Assembly (NCBI GenBank): GCA_964187785.1
Contig: OZ076409.1
Span: forward strand, 58,406,001 to 58,470,000
Origin: Amphiscolops sp. MND2022
Taxonomy: Eukaryota
Reading direction: 5' to 3'
DNA length: 64,000 bases
In this document: positions 25,506 to 38,127 of the stretch, in pieces
Layout: every line of letters begins with the position of its first letter
Position numbering within the stretch: the stretch's first letter is position 1
The notes under the pieces: generated by a model
What the model was told of the DNA's origin: nothing
Databases searched by the model: none
What the model saw: the letters and a program-made list of their open reading frames with translations, nothing else
Made by a program: the position numbers and the translations under genes

Positions 25506-25731
25506 GCTCATCTTTGAAACCTTCATCGGGGACGACGAAGCAACAATTCCAGATGACATGGATTTCGACATGGAGGGGCCAACTCATGTCAACATAGACT
25601 GGCCAGTGAGAGACAAAATAGTGGAGGCGTTGAAAACGAACCCCACCAGCAAGAACATCTTCGACCAAGCCCAGACTGCCATTCTGCACTCATTGCTGGA
25701 CGAGGCTTGGCCCAGATTCAAGGAATCAGAG
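25506..25731 (+). CDS. Tandem-RGS protein, exon 5 (end of RGS domain 2)
   Basis: LIFETFI...VNIDWPVRDKI...IFDQAQTAILHSLLDEAWPRFKES; phases are consistent with both neighbours. Confidence 0.9.
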
Positions 25732-26102
25732 GTTTGCGTAGAACATCAAAGTCATTCTGACAAAATTCAGAACTTTATTCATTTGAGACGACGTTTATTT
25801 GTCTATATTGCCAGTACTTTAAAGCTTCTCCAATTTGAGCGCTTGATTGTTGGTGCAAGAAATGAAAAAGGTTAAATTTGAGATGAGCGGGAATTAAAGT
25901 GTTCGCTTAACTCTTGTAAATAAATAAATGACAAAAAAAGCAAACACTAAATTCTTTAGTTGAAATTTTCAATTCAAGTTAGATATCTACAGAAGATTTT
26001 TAAACGCGGTTTTATATTTGAACTTGATTCCAACTTTTATATATGCGATTCATTGTTTATTCATGTTTATTATAGTTATTATGACGAATTGAATGTTTTC
26101 AG

Positions 26103-26264
26103 GTGTTGAATCAGTACAAGACCAAACCAGCTGATATGAGAGACACCATTTATTATGCCAACAGACAGCAGCAGCAGTTGAATGACGACGACTCGGATTC
26201 AAAGAAGAAGAGTGAGTCAGGAGGCGGAGTGCTCAAACGTTTGTTCTCACGGAAAAAGTCGTGA
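26103..26264 (+). CDS. Tandem-RGS protein, last exon
   Basis: Acceptor gttttcag, phase 0; reads VLNQYKTK...GGGVLKRLFSRKKS* to TGA at 26262-26264. Confidence 0.8.
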   Translation: MLNQYKTKPADMRDTIYYANRQQQQLNDDDSDSKKKSESGGGVLKRLFSRKKS

Positions 26265-26599
26265 AAACTTCCCTTTGGTGTCATTCTGATTATAGCACAC
26301 GATTCTACATGGAAAAAAGTGATTCACTTGTCAGCACGTGTCATACGGTTATAACTCCTAGTTATCTAGTTATACAACTGGCTTATGAAAATCAGTTTCA
26401 CGACTTAAAAAACCGTGAAACCACAAAACCAAAAATAAGGTTTCCAAAACAATGTTTCCGCAATAGATGAATGAAAAGGGCTATAATCAGAACTATGATA
26501 TTTTAAAGAACTTGAATCGTTCACAGCATGTAAATTTTACTGCACGTATAGTTGAATTTGATGTCAAAACGAAAGAATCGTGATTCTTTAGTCTTTTTA

Positions 26600-27077
26600 G
26601 GAAGACTTGTTTTAAAGAGATTACAGGAAACTCATCAAAGGCATTGAACGGAAACTTGATCAATCTTCCGTATTCTTGGTATTTCCTTCAATGCAACAGC
26701 CTCATAACAAATTCTTCATGATGTGGTTTTATTTGACGTGGGTGTCCGGACAAAGAGCACTGTTTTCCTCCTACGCTCAAGCTAAGTGTAAAGAATAATC
26801 ACAATGTCAATATAAATTTCCAAATTTGTAGTCGTACTAAGGCTCAGATAAGAAACATTTCGTGTTTTTTCGCCATATTTTGTATCTGAAAGAAAGTCAT
26901 TTTCTTAGTCGGTACTGTAAATTGGAAGTTTACTCCATTCAGAATATACAATTGTTTAGGTCCGTAAGAAGTCCGACATCCATTCTTTCTGTTCAAAACC
27001 TTAGCTAGATATGTCCACTGTCGGAGTCGTGAGACAGAGTCTTGCTCTTGGAGTAACTTTTTTCCATCAGCAAACAT
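26600..27077 (-). mobile_element. Short decayed LINE RT fragment
   Basis: MFADGKKL..QDSV..L.QW resembles the FADD.KL..Q.D...L..W segment of CR1/L2-type RT. Confidence 0.4.
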
Positions 27078-28499
27078 TCAGTACAAGACTAAATCAGACG
27101 AAGTTGAATGATCCATTTGTAAAAGTGTTGGCACAGTGAAACTTTTCAGGAATTAGAATTTTTTTAAAGTAGCTGAAAAACTATTAAGAATCAAATTTCC
27201 GTTAACAAGGTTGGGCCAGCACAATTCCCCCTGTGTGAATCAGCCGATTTCAACTTTTAGTAACTTTCTAAATAAGAAAAAGCCCAAAAAGATTTATTTC
27301 AGAAAACTAAAAAAAATATCAGAAATTTTGGTTTTAGTATGAGGTTTTATTACTTTTCGAGTATTGCTCTTCAAAACAGGACAGTTGAAACAGTGCAAAC
27401 TTAAAACGTAAGGATTTTTCACTGAGTTTGAATACCTTTACCGCCAATTTGCTCATTGGCTCAAGTATTTAGAAAACAATATCCAACACGACGCCCGCTG
27501 AGCAGCGAGACATTTGCCACCCCTAAATGTTCTTCAACATTATATATTTGAGGCCCAAGAATAGCCAATAAACTACGAAAATGCAATGAATTTCGAAGAA
27601 AAAAGTTTAGATTCATAGACTACTTTCAAAGGAAACGCCAATTTAATTTCGGGAATGATAAAATAACATCAGGAAAATGCAATTTTTTTGGCCGACTTCT
27701 GTTCGTGATCCAAAACCCTACCAAAAAATTCAGATATCTGGTTCCGCAGTTCCGACGACAATTCATTCCTCGTGCGATGAAACGAGCGAGTGTAAATTAT
27801 GCATTGGTACGCCGAATTCATTGAGACGGTCTCAGAGGCAGGGGTACGTAGGTTTGAGTCTCGCACTCAACGAAAACCGTTTTTGTGGTGGAAAAGTGGG
27901 AAAGACTTTGTATCCCACTTTGGGTATCCCACTTGGGAACTTTTTGGGACTCTGTGACTTTTTAAGGACTCTTTTGCAAACAAAGACTCCTTTTCTCGTT
28001 TTTCAACAGAAACAACAGCGTTTTGCAAGAACTGATGGCCTGTTTTAGTATTTTCGGCACGTTGCGTCTTGTCTTTCCGAGTGAGGAGAATGTTTCGAAT
28101 TTTTTTTCGGGAAAAAATTTTGACATTTTTTCTGGCAATTTGTAGTTGTTTGAGGGTTTCTGTAATGCAAATATGTTTCCCGAGTCTTGGGGGTGAGCTC
28201 TTTGATACTCTTTGATCCTGTGGAACTGATGAGTAATCCTATTGGTTTTTTATTGAGTAATTCCTCGATCCAGTTTCTTTTAATCTTCGGCTTTCCAAAA
28301 CTTTCATTTGGTCGAAGGTACCCCCGCTCGCTTTCAATGAGAAAAATATAGTTTTGCCAGCTGAATAGTTTTTCAGCACTATGAAATTTTTCCGAAAAAA
28401 TTTTCAAAAAAGTGTATTTTTGCTTATTGTTGAGGGAAAAGTTGCTTTCAAGTCCTAGGCGTTTTTCTTGGTTTTTTGGCACTCAAAAATGGTGAAAGT

Positions 28500-30650
28500 T
28501 CAAAACTACTGTCCTTCGCAAGTTAAAAAAACATTAGCAAGACGCCAATTGGACCGATCCCAGCTTGTAATATTATTGCACATAACGTCACCAGAAGTGT
28601 CAAAGTTGGAAAAAACTGACTATTTGGTCAACTTTGTGGTCCATTTGAGGACGTTTTAAATATAAATACACGTATTTCTGCTGAAAAACCTACTGGACGC
28701 CGAATTGAGTTGTTGTTGAATGTTTACACCATTCGAACCCGAGGGAATTGCTCGAAAAATTAAGAACAAATTGTACGAAAGTGTCAAAGAGTTTTGAATT
28801 TTCGTGTTATTCTCAGATTCTTTTCCTAAATGGGATAATGCAATAACACTTTCCTCTGGAATTCTATTTCCATACCCAGTGACTTTGCATGAAGTTTATC
28901 GAATGATAAATATTTGAGGAACAAGGTCGGAAAATATTTATGAGTTTCTAGTTAAGTTTTCGAAAGTTGTGCAAATAAACTTGTCCGATATCTTTTCGAA
29001 ACACTACCCGTAGCTACTCGTTCCAAACTTGAGCCTATGAATTCTCTGATTGGAGTAAGTTTTCTGAAAGGGTCCTTTGTTGTCATATTCGAGGAACTTC
29101 AACACATTTTCTACCCAAACTGCAATTTAGATACCTAAAGTGTACCTATTTTAGATATCTAGTGGTTGAACGTTCAAGTCAAAGGAAGTTATATTCTACA
29201 ACATTTTCGTGGATGAAACCAATATGGGATTGTTATGTCAAAAAACGTTTATTTCCGTTGTCTGAATTTTGGGGTATTTTTGAGGCCAATTCCAACAAAA
29301 AAGTGCAGAGTCATAACTTCCAATCGCCTGCTGGATACCGGAATTAGTCGTTGTTAAGTTTTCTCAGCATATTTAAGGTCATTCTGAGGAAACGTTTTCT
29401 CATAAAATGTGCATTTTTTTTGAGAAAATTGATCCTCGCCTAGTTATATTTTCTGAATAATTTCGAAACTTTTATTCGACCAAAATTTTCTAATCGCAAA
29501 CAAAAAACCACTGAAAATATCAGAAATTGTCAAAAATCATGACTTTTTCGTTCTTCTTCGGTCAGTTTGGAGCCCGTTTTCGACCAAAAGCTGCAAACTT
29601 GTCCAAAAAGCCAACTAGATCATGGGTTGTTCAACATTTATCAACATTGGTTTTCACAAGAATTCAACAAGTACACATAATCTGCAAAAAAGGGGAAGCT
29701 TTTGAATTTTTATAAATGAAGTAGTTCTGAAGTGCTTCTGAAGCAAAACACCACAACGCTCTCTTCAAATATGGTCTTGTATACTTTGTATTTTAGTTTT
29801 CGAACGATTTGGAACTTTTTGGAACTTACAGAAACAACCAATTCGTCCATTTTTTAGGAGTTTTAACTTTTGAGTCCACGAATTCTATCAGAAAATTGAC
29901 AAAAAATGAATGAAAATGATGAGAACTGGAAAAGGTTGGAAGTTTTGTCTTTTTCGGTGTCAATTCGAGACAATATTCATTTAAATAGCAAGATTTATCA
30001 CTTCACTAAGCCTACTGGACAAGCAATTTTTTCTTTGTTGACCCTTTCCAACACCTTTTGCGAATCACGAGTTCTGGCGAAAATTTTACAAAAATAGCAT
30101 CGAAACTGAAAATCATGAAATTTCGGTTTTTTGTCAATTTCTGTGGGCAATTCGAGATTTTTCACTTAGAAAGCTGCAAAATCTCTTCGGAATAGCCTAC
30201 TGAACAACGAGTTTTTCCTTGTTCACCCTTTTCAACATGGTAATCCTCGAAACAGAAGTTGCATAAAAACAGTTAAAATTGGGAAGTTTTGGACTTTTGT
30301 CATTTCTGGCGTCATTATTTTAGCAACCGCATTTATTACTTCAATCCACGACATCTATCAAAAATTTTACAAAAGTTACATCAAAACGTTAGATATCAAA
30401 AACATTTGGTTTCTTCATGATTTTTGGGGTCTTTTTTTGAAAAACGGTATTTATATTTTCATAAAAGACTACTGGACAGCGAATTCTTGCATTCTTGAAC
30501 GATGTCGACATTCTAATCCACGATGTTAATCAAAAATTTGACAAAAATTGCATGAAAAATTCAAACATCGAGAAACTTTGGAATTTTTGTTATTTTCGGG
30601 GTCATTATTGGGCCTTTTTCGTCATTCCCAGAACGGCTCAAAAACCTATA
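28500..30650. repeat. Highly diverged AT-rich tandem/dispersed repeat
   Basis: Recurring motif CCTACTGGAC..gaattttt..ttgtt.a.c.ttt.caaca near 28689, 30011, 30196 and 30468; similar motifs near 53390-53810. Confidence 0.5.
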
Positions 30651-31902
30651 CAAATACAAATCGCACGAAACTAAATTATTAGTTGAATTCTATGGTTGAC
30701 AGCCTTAAATTTGAATATGAATTTGGTACTCGGCAAGTTTTGTGAAAAAAACCGTTGGTTTAAAAGTTTTCTTTTCCCATAATAAACGTCTGCCTGAAGA
30801 TGTACAGTACATGCTTATCCCGGATCAACGAGCTCCCTGAAACGAAGTGTTGAGGAACTACAAAGTCAAGCACCCATTAAAGTCTTTTGAACACTGTTTT
30901 TAGAAATGGTCAGAAAGTTGTTTTAGAACATTTTCAAGATTTTCAACACCTCATTACTAGATCAATGAAACAATTTGAACCCACCAAGCTGTCTCTTTGT
31001 GAAGTACCATCTTCACGATCTAATGAGAGCAACTCTAATACCTTTGAAAGTATTCATAAATGGCACAACCTTCTACATGAGAAAAACAAAGGTGAACTAA
31101 ATCTTCAAATTATACCTTTTGAATGAGCAAATCAAAGCTTTCAATGACCCGACAATCTTATTCACAAATGACTAACATTTCAGTTTTCAGCTGGGACTGT
31201 TTTATTAGAAATAGCATAGTTAAATGTGTTTCGATTGGTATTCTAACAATCTGTCCCGAGCGTCCAACAAATTCTACCGCCCCAATCATTGGAGAAAAAT
31301 CATTGTTATCATCGAACTCCTAGCAATGCCTATTTCCGCAATGGATATTGAGTCCTGGCTGAATACAAGATTATGCCTATTTCGAATTTTTGCCAAAGCA
31401 CTTCTCATAATGATTTTTTTTCGCCAGTTTTTTTGTGGTACTAGTTGGCAGAGCATCCGAATTTACCCGGTTTCCCATACACATACCGCTAAACGCAACT
31501 TAGAAAATGAACGGATGTTGAACCGGAAGTGTGAAATCTTGGGACACTCAGATTCAACATTTTCAAGTTTAAAGACGTGAATCTCATCCAGACTTCCTAC
31601 CTAATCAATGCGAACTTGGAAAAGCAGTTTTTTGAAGTTAACGACGGTTCTCAATCAGAGGGCTGTGATAAACTTGTTGAAACAGGTTGTTCAGAGAGGT
31701 TTCACAGTTTTCAAACCTCACTTTCCAGTTACACAAAAAAATTTCACGTCCCCCAAAACGACTGACAAATCAACTGAAAAAAAATTCATGAATTTTTTGA
31801 ACCTTACTTTACCCATATCTTGGGAATGAAGTAACTCTAAAATCCCGTTTTTGGCGCAAAGCCTCCTCAGTTATTATGCCACCGTGTGAAAACAATGGCT
31901 TC

Positions 31903-33412
31903 TGTCACAGGCTGCCGCCTGTGACGGCTACTATTATCAAATCTTGTTACAAGGAGACAATTCAAACCCCCCGGTAGTTCTTCCAATTTAGACTTTACTG
32001 ACGTTCGGTCTAAATAGCGACAATAAAACTTCACACTAATTACCTGAAACACATTGTTTCATTACGCAATTTTGTGTCTGTTTTACATAGATGCTACTGT
32101 TATTTTGTGTTTTGCTATATTGGCTGTTTGTAAGATGCAGTAAATTAATGAGTGACGTAAGCAATTAAAAAGCAACCATATCTCAATAGGAAACGTGTTC
32201 AAGTGAATTATTATTCCAATTTAATGTACTCGCTGTCTTAGCTGTCAATCAAAATGCTGTGATTATTTTACTGTACCCGCGTGGACTGACAGTCCGTCGC
32301 GGTAGAATTAGTACACCTCCCGCCACTCGTGCTATATTTGAATGTATTATGTAGCCATGAGGACCAATGGTCTGCTATGGTTAAAATTCAGCTTATGCAT
32401 GTAACTTCATATTTGGATACCATGAAACGTTTTAGTTTAGTTTCCATGTTTAAAACACAACTGTAAAACAAAGTTGTTTCACCTTGATAGGCTAACCGCT
32501 TGAATTTTCCTTTGATGTAATAATATTAGGATGTCTTTATGACGCAATCTCGAAAAGGAGATATTTTTAGTTATATTTTGTCTAAAATTAGAAACTTGAC
32601 ACACAAAATAGGGTTGTCACTCTCCGCTAGCTATGAATAGCGGGGACTGGCGTCCTAAGGGACACAACTGATGCTAAGTCGCTACTGAATAGCCGCTACT
32701 GATCTGAATGAACATTCCATTGTATTTATGTCCACATTTGAAAATTTATTATCCTTGTCTCTGAAATTTCATTCGTTTACTCAGGACAATTATACAAGTC
32801 TTTGTTACAGTAGAGATTCCTTTCAAATGCCTTCGACTAGAAAGCAGAAAGCAAAACAGAGGCGCTCTAGGCAATTGGACATAATGTCTGACGTGGAAAA
32901 TGTTGATATAATGTTAGGGAGTTTTTCAAGAGACGATGATAGAAACAATCAAAGTGAAGATGACTTTAAATTGGACTCAGGGTCAAGCAGGCCGCAACAA
33001 AACTACAATCTAGTTGGAGAAGATTTAAGATCTCTCCTAAACACTAATAGCAGAGAAAATAGTGAAATGACCATTGAGACGACCAGAATGATTAGTGACG
33101 AGATTCCAAACCAGAGGTCCAGGAAGCCTAATGAAATTAGGCCTAGCTTGAATTCCCAAATGCAAGATGCACGTACTATGGCAATGACTGAAAAGCTCCT
33201 TCTTTCCATTCAGAACACACTAAATGTGCAGGGGAAAGGTAATTTCACCGTGGAGGACCGAAGGTTCAGTGGTCTATGAAGGAGTCCCGGAGCTGTAAAC
33301 CCCGCAGAAAGGTGGGAAAATTAGCCCAGATTAAGTTCCAATCGAGAAAATCTAATAAAGATGTCTAGGCAGAGTTCAGTAGACTCAAATTCAGGCAAAC
33401 AAGGTCGCGACA
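31903..33412 (+). mobile_element. Solo LTR (1510 bp) related to the 53989 element, TSD GCTTC
   Basis: TGTCAC...CGACA termini and a perfect GCTTC at 31898-31902 and 33413-33417. Start and end align with 53989 and 55484. Confidence 0.9.
32827..33279 (+). pseudogene. LTR-encoded gag N-terminal ORF, truncated by a stop
   Basis: MPSTRKQKAKQRRSRQLDIMSDVENVDIMLG is homologous to MPSTRKQKAKEKRSRQSDVMSDIENIDVMLG at 54839. Confidence 0.85.
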
Positions 33413-33474
33413 GCTTCCTACGATGATTTCCTTTGTACTAAAGTGGTAACAGACCGACAGACAGACAGACATAC

Positions 33475-34147
33475 TGTAACGGCAACTTGTTATCGGTCGC
33501 CAACGCGTTAGCTGAGGTGAAGCAGACTGAAGAAATGGATAAATCGCTCGGGACAGGCGGCCATCGCCACAAATCCATTTTGTCTCCAGGGGTGAAATAC
33601 GTGTCGGGGCCGTGGGTGCTTCGACGAATACTGTCCAACCGGCCCTAGTCTTTGATTAGGTTATCTAACCCTGATAACTAATATTAACGGGAATCTTCCT
33701 GACCATCACTTAACTAGCACATAAAATCAATGCCAAGAATAAAGTAAATTTCCAGTTTCAGGGTGGCATGGGAAATGTATCTAAAATTGCCAAAACTAGC
33801 TCTTGGGCTAAAAAAATACAGCTTAAAACAGTGAAAATGCATCAAAGTACGCCTAAATCTGGCAGACCACACAGCTACAAGCTAGGGCGCTGGGGCTCCA
33901 AGTACCAAACAAGGACCTTTGGCGAGAAGATTCATTTCTACGGTTTCCGCTACATAGGGTAGCATAATGCTGAAAATCGAATAAAACCGAGGTTAGCACC
34001 TCAAAAAGCGTCTGTCTTCGAATTTTCACAGTCTACATGGGCTCTCAGGCCAATCCGTTCTCCGTGCTCTCGCTCGGTCTTCTGTTCGTTTTGCATTGAA
34101 AAGTTTCGAAATCGGCTGATTTTGCTGTACCAGAGTTTGTCGTTACA
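33475..34147. mobile_element. Probable solo LTR (673 bp), flanked by TAC
   Basis: TGTAACG...CGTTACA termini, the same as the 36163 element. It interrupts a cagacagacatac|aaactttacc tract. Confidence 0.65.
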
Positions 34148-36162
34148 TACAAACTTTACCATTTTTTTATATGTAGTAGATTATGAGCTCTTTATTGGCC
34201 TCAAAAGTATGCACAGGTATCTCTTACCACAGATCATTTTCTAATCCAAAGCGTTTTTAATCTCTCCAACATGTTTAGAATCGTTTTTGTTCAACATTTC
34301 TCTCAAAGATATAAGTGAAAAACTTCGTTCAACGATCCATTTAATCATCTAAGTGACAGATAACTGCTCTCTAATTACTCACACCACTTCACCTCAATCT
34401 CTATAGCTTCACGTCTTAAAACAATTTTGGCTTGGAAAAAGCGCTTTACAATTTTAGAGTGTCTTCTTTCAAGTTTTTCGACACTACGAGAATTTGACAC
34501 CAAAAAAATGTTTTCCTCGTTCAGGTTTTTCTGATGTTTTAGGTTAGAACAAAGCTATTTTCTTTCTCAGTGTTTTAACCTTGAGCGCTGCGGTGACTTG
34601 GGCTGTTCCCGGCTTGTTTATAAAAGATATATATTTATGTATCTTTTATATAAAAGGAATTCAGTGTTTTTATTAGATTTTTACTTTCTTTTCAAAGTTT
34701 TTTGAGATATCAACAGGACCCACGCTGATGAACAGGATAATTTGAACCCTGGCATTTTTTGGCAACGTTTTTTAGGACTCGAACGTTGGCGATATACAAC
34801 GGAATATGCACAAAAATTTGTAATTTTTTAAAAGTGTGACTTTTTAAAATTCTCTTAGTCGACACTCATATGATTATTGCCACTTTTCGGCCTTCCCAAA
34901 TTAGTTAGCTTTAACTTTATTCCCGAATAGTATCAGACCCTGTGAGATCGAAAACGGGCAAACACTTCATCCGAAGTGCCTTATTGGAACTTTATAAGCA
35001 TAAGTGTATGATCTAGTTTTCAGAGCTGTATAGATTTCTGGAGGTTTAACTAATTGGATACTTTTCAGTCAAACAGTTGAGACTGGGGTGTGCGGTTTTC
35101 CCCAAAGACATAATATTAGCAGAAAACACGAAAAATATTGCAGTGCCACTTTGCTTCTTGTATCATTCTTGAAAAGAGTCAATTAGTTTGATAGCTTTAT
35201 TGTTTACTCTAATTTGTTCCCTCGAAAGGCCTTGTGATCATGAAAACTTTGTTCAGGTCGTTCATGACTCAAAAACAACGTTGATAACCCATTTAAGTGA
35301 CAACATAATGCAGAGAATGTATCTTTCCGTGAACGACTTTGACGGAGGGAGCTTGTACACATTATTGACACGCTGCTTCGCGGTCTTTTTTTGTTCGCTA
35401 TTCAGAAATTTTCCATCGACAACATTTTTGAGCCTTTTTGGGAAACCATATTGTGTTATTAACGGATTCTTCATTTGAAAAAAAATCAATGTTGGTATGT
35501 TGGTTGGTAATTATAATATATTATCCACAATAGGAAACAATAAATAGTTTTTGAAACTTCGTTAGTTTTGGTCACACTCTGAAAACCTAGGTTGACCAAA
35601 ATTAGTAGAAGTCATTGCGGAAACTATTATTGCGGAACTAGACTTGTACTATGTTTACATCATTCAAACAAACATGGAAATAATGTTCATCAAAATAATC
35701 AAAACAAATAAACAAATAAATCGTACATGATTTCTACAATTATTATGCTCTCAAGTGGACCAGTAGAAAAAAGGAATGAAAACATGACAAGATGTTCCGC
35801 TTTAGGAAGCGAGTCTAAACACCTGGGAATACAAGAAAAGCAGTGGAGTGAAAGCGGTATTTAAATTCGCCGCCTCTTAGAAGTAAACGCAAAGCTTTTG
35901 CGTTGAAAAATGACAATAAGCTCATCTTTGAAGTGACGACGTTTCCGCTTCCACCAGTCGAAATTCATCAAAGCTAGCAAAGATGAAATTTCTGTTTGTG
36001 ATGTTCGCTGACAAATCCTCTTTTCCATTCCGTCTTTTCGTAGCATCTTGTTTTGAATTTATGATGGCTCTGATCAAAGCCACGAAAAACGAAAGACTGT
36101 TAAAAATTTATACGCTCATATTTATCTTGAAAGAGCTCCTAACTATTGTATAATTGATCTGC

Positions 36163-36875
36163 TGTAACGTCAAGCTAACAGCTACATTCCAGAACCGGGA
36201 CAATGCCCAGGTTGCCTTAACAAGAGACCAGTGTCTTACAACAACCTAAACATTAGTTTTTAGTCCCAAATGGTCTCTGTAGGGACTTTTCCAAGACGCC
36301 GAGGAGACTCCTAATATTAGAGCTCCGTGGCGACGTGCCGGCACACTCAAAGTCCGGACACGTCCCACAAGCACGTAAAAACGGTCCTAAAGGCTTCCTG
36401 CGATCCTACATACCTCCGAGGTCTGAAAACAGGGGTTTAGTCAGAGCACATCTCAATTAAGTGAATAACGTCTAAAATCAACACCTTCCAGTTTTACCAT
36501 TAACAAACACCTGAAAATCTGCCAAAATACTATAAAACAGCACTGGGGAGGCATTCTGAACAGTTCCCAGCGAGTTTTGAGCTTTGGGTTCAACTCACGC
36601 AAAAATCGCACCTTCTTCTTCATCTCTTTTCCGGCTCATTCTTGCGATTTTCCGGTTTTGATGGCACAACACTGGGGTATTGGCTAGTTTCTGCTTCTGA
36701 ATATCTTCTTTCGCTGCTTTTCGGTCTTCTCTGTGGTCTGGGGGGGGTCTTTTTTGCGTTGTGTGTGCTTTCTTTTCGATTTCAACGACCTGCTAGGTCG
36801 GCCATTTTGATTCGCACACTTTTTGGGTATTCTTCGAATTTTTGAAATTTTTGACCTTGACTGGTGGACGTTACA
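36163..36875 (-). repeat. 3' LTR
   Basis: Matches 50498-51210 except ctcctAat/ctcctCat; PPT GGGGAGGA is adjacent at 36876-36883. Confidence 0.98.
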
Positions 36876-38127
36876 TCCTCCCCGGGCCGTAGTTTGTCGT
36901 CCTCGGCAAACGAGAGAGAATGATACATACCCAGCGGGTCTTTTAGCAACATTATTTCATTTTTTTTACTGCTCCAAATTTCTGCATCATTTTTACAGCA
37001 CTTTTTTTGACGTTAGCACTTTTTCATCTTTTGAATTTAGCACTTTTTCAACATTCTAGAGGATAAAAACATTTTCTCTAAAAGAAAACTCTTTCCACTC
37101 GTTTCAATCTAGTTAAAACTTCTTTGAAGGGTGGTAATGTACGCGGCATTCCAAGAATTGCAAGAAAGCATAGTTGCAGGAATTTCAATTGCAAATTTTT
37201 TGTTTTTGGGCAGGGAGGCACCAAGTTGGGACCCACCTACCAGGTAGGGTATTACAGAATGCACAATAGCACTTGAATCGGGTGTAATCAAAGCGTTGCA
37301 ATGCCAAATGAACAGCTCCAATATAGAAACACTACAAATAACACGTCAAAGAAGATCACAACGTGAGAGTCCATTCAGTCCATCGTGTTCTGATGTTTGT
37401 TTGGGATCCCTTTCCACTGCGCTCATTTTGAGTTCCAGGAATTCATTCATCGTCCACTCAAGTGTATGAAGTGCAGAACAAGCATTTCTGAAGCCAACAA
37501 CTATTTGGCTGGAACGGATACGTCTATTTAGACGACAAATAAGTGATTGCCGCTGGAACCTGTTCCGTATGGGTTGCTTCGCACAAATCACAGGTTGAGT
37601 CAAACGTTTGGAGACTGGTGGTTCGAACACCACTAAATTTGACTTGATATTCGTCTCCTGTCATGCACGGCTTCACCATTCCATAGTTGATAACAGCAGT
37701 TAGTTGACGTTGATCTCCGGACAATAATATTGACTTCTTGCCGCTGTCAGTTGGATCCACATTGCTCGGACCGCTCTCTCAACCAAGTGAAAGATTAATG
37801 CATTGTGTACAAACAAGAAACGATAGCATACTGCGTTGGTGTGTAGCACCTGGGGTATAATCTCAGGAAATTGTGGGGATGTAACTGGGATTTGTGATCT
37901 GATACCGCGTAGGTTCAGCGAAATAGGACACAACTGTAAAACAAGCAGCAGTTGTAGATTAAGACCTTTTTTGAATTGGAGCGAAATACAATATGATCAG
38001 ACACAGACGAGACAGATAGTAAAACAATCCGTATTAAGAACCAGTTCGCCAATTAGTTAAAACGACACATAAGTTTAAAAGAAGGCAAGTGGCCTTTCGA
38101 ATGACTACTTCTGAGTGCTACAGGCTT

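Noticed and set aside
27780..27870. tRNA-like B-box (GGTTTGAGTC)
   Set aside because: I could not build a cloverleaf; at most a decayed tRNA-derived repeat segment.
30780..31850. Cluster of short ORFs that might be a decayed gene or TE
   Set aside because: No recognisable motif in any frame examined.
36642..36845. Identical hydrophobic 67-aa ORFs at 36642 and 50977
   Set aside because: They are antisense frames inside the two identical LTRs, start at TTG, and have no independent coding evidence.
36884..38127. env gene in the large element
   Set aside because: No long ORF, signal peptide, furin site or TM anchor is seen.
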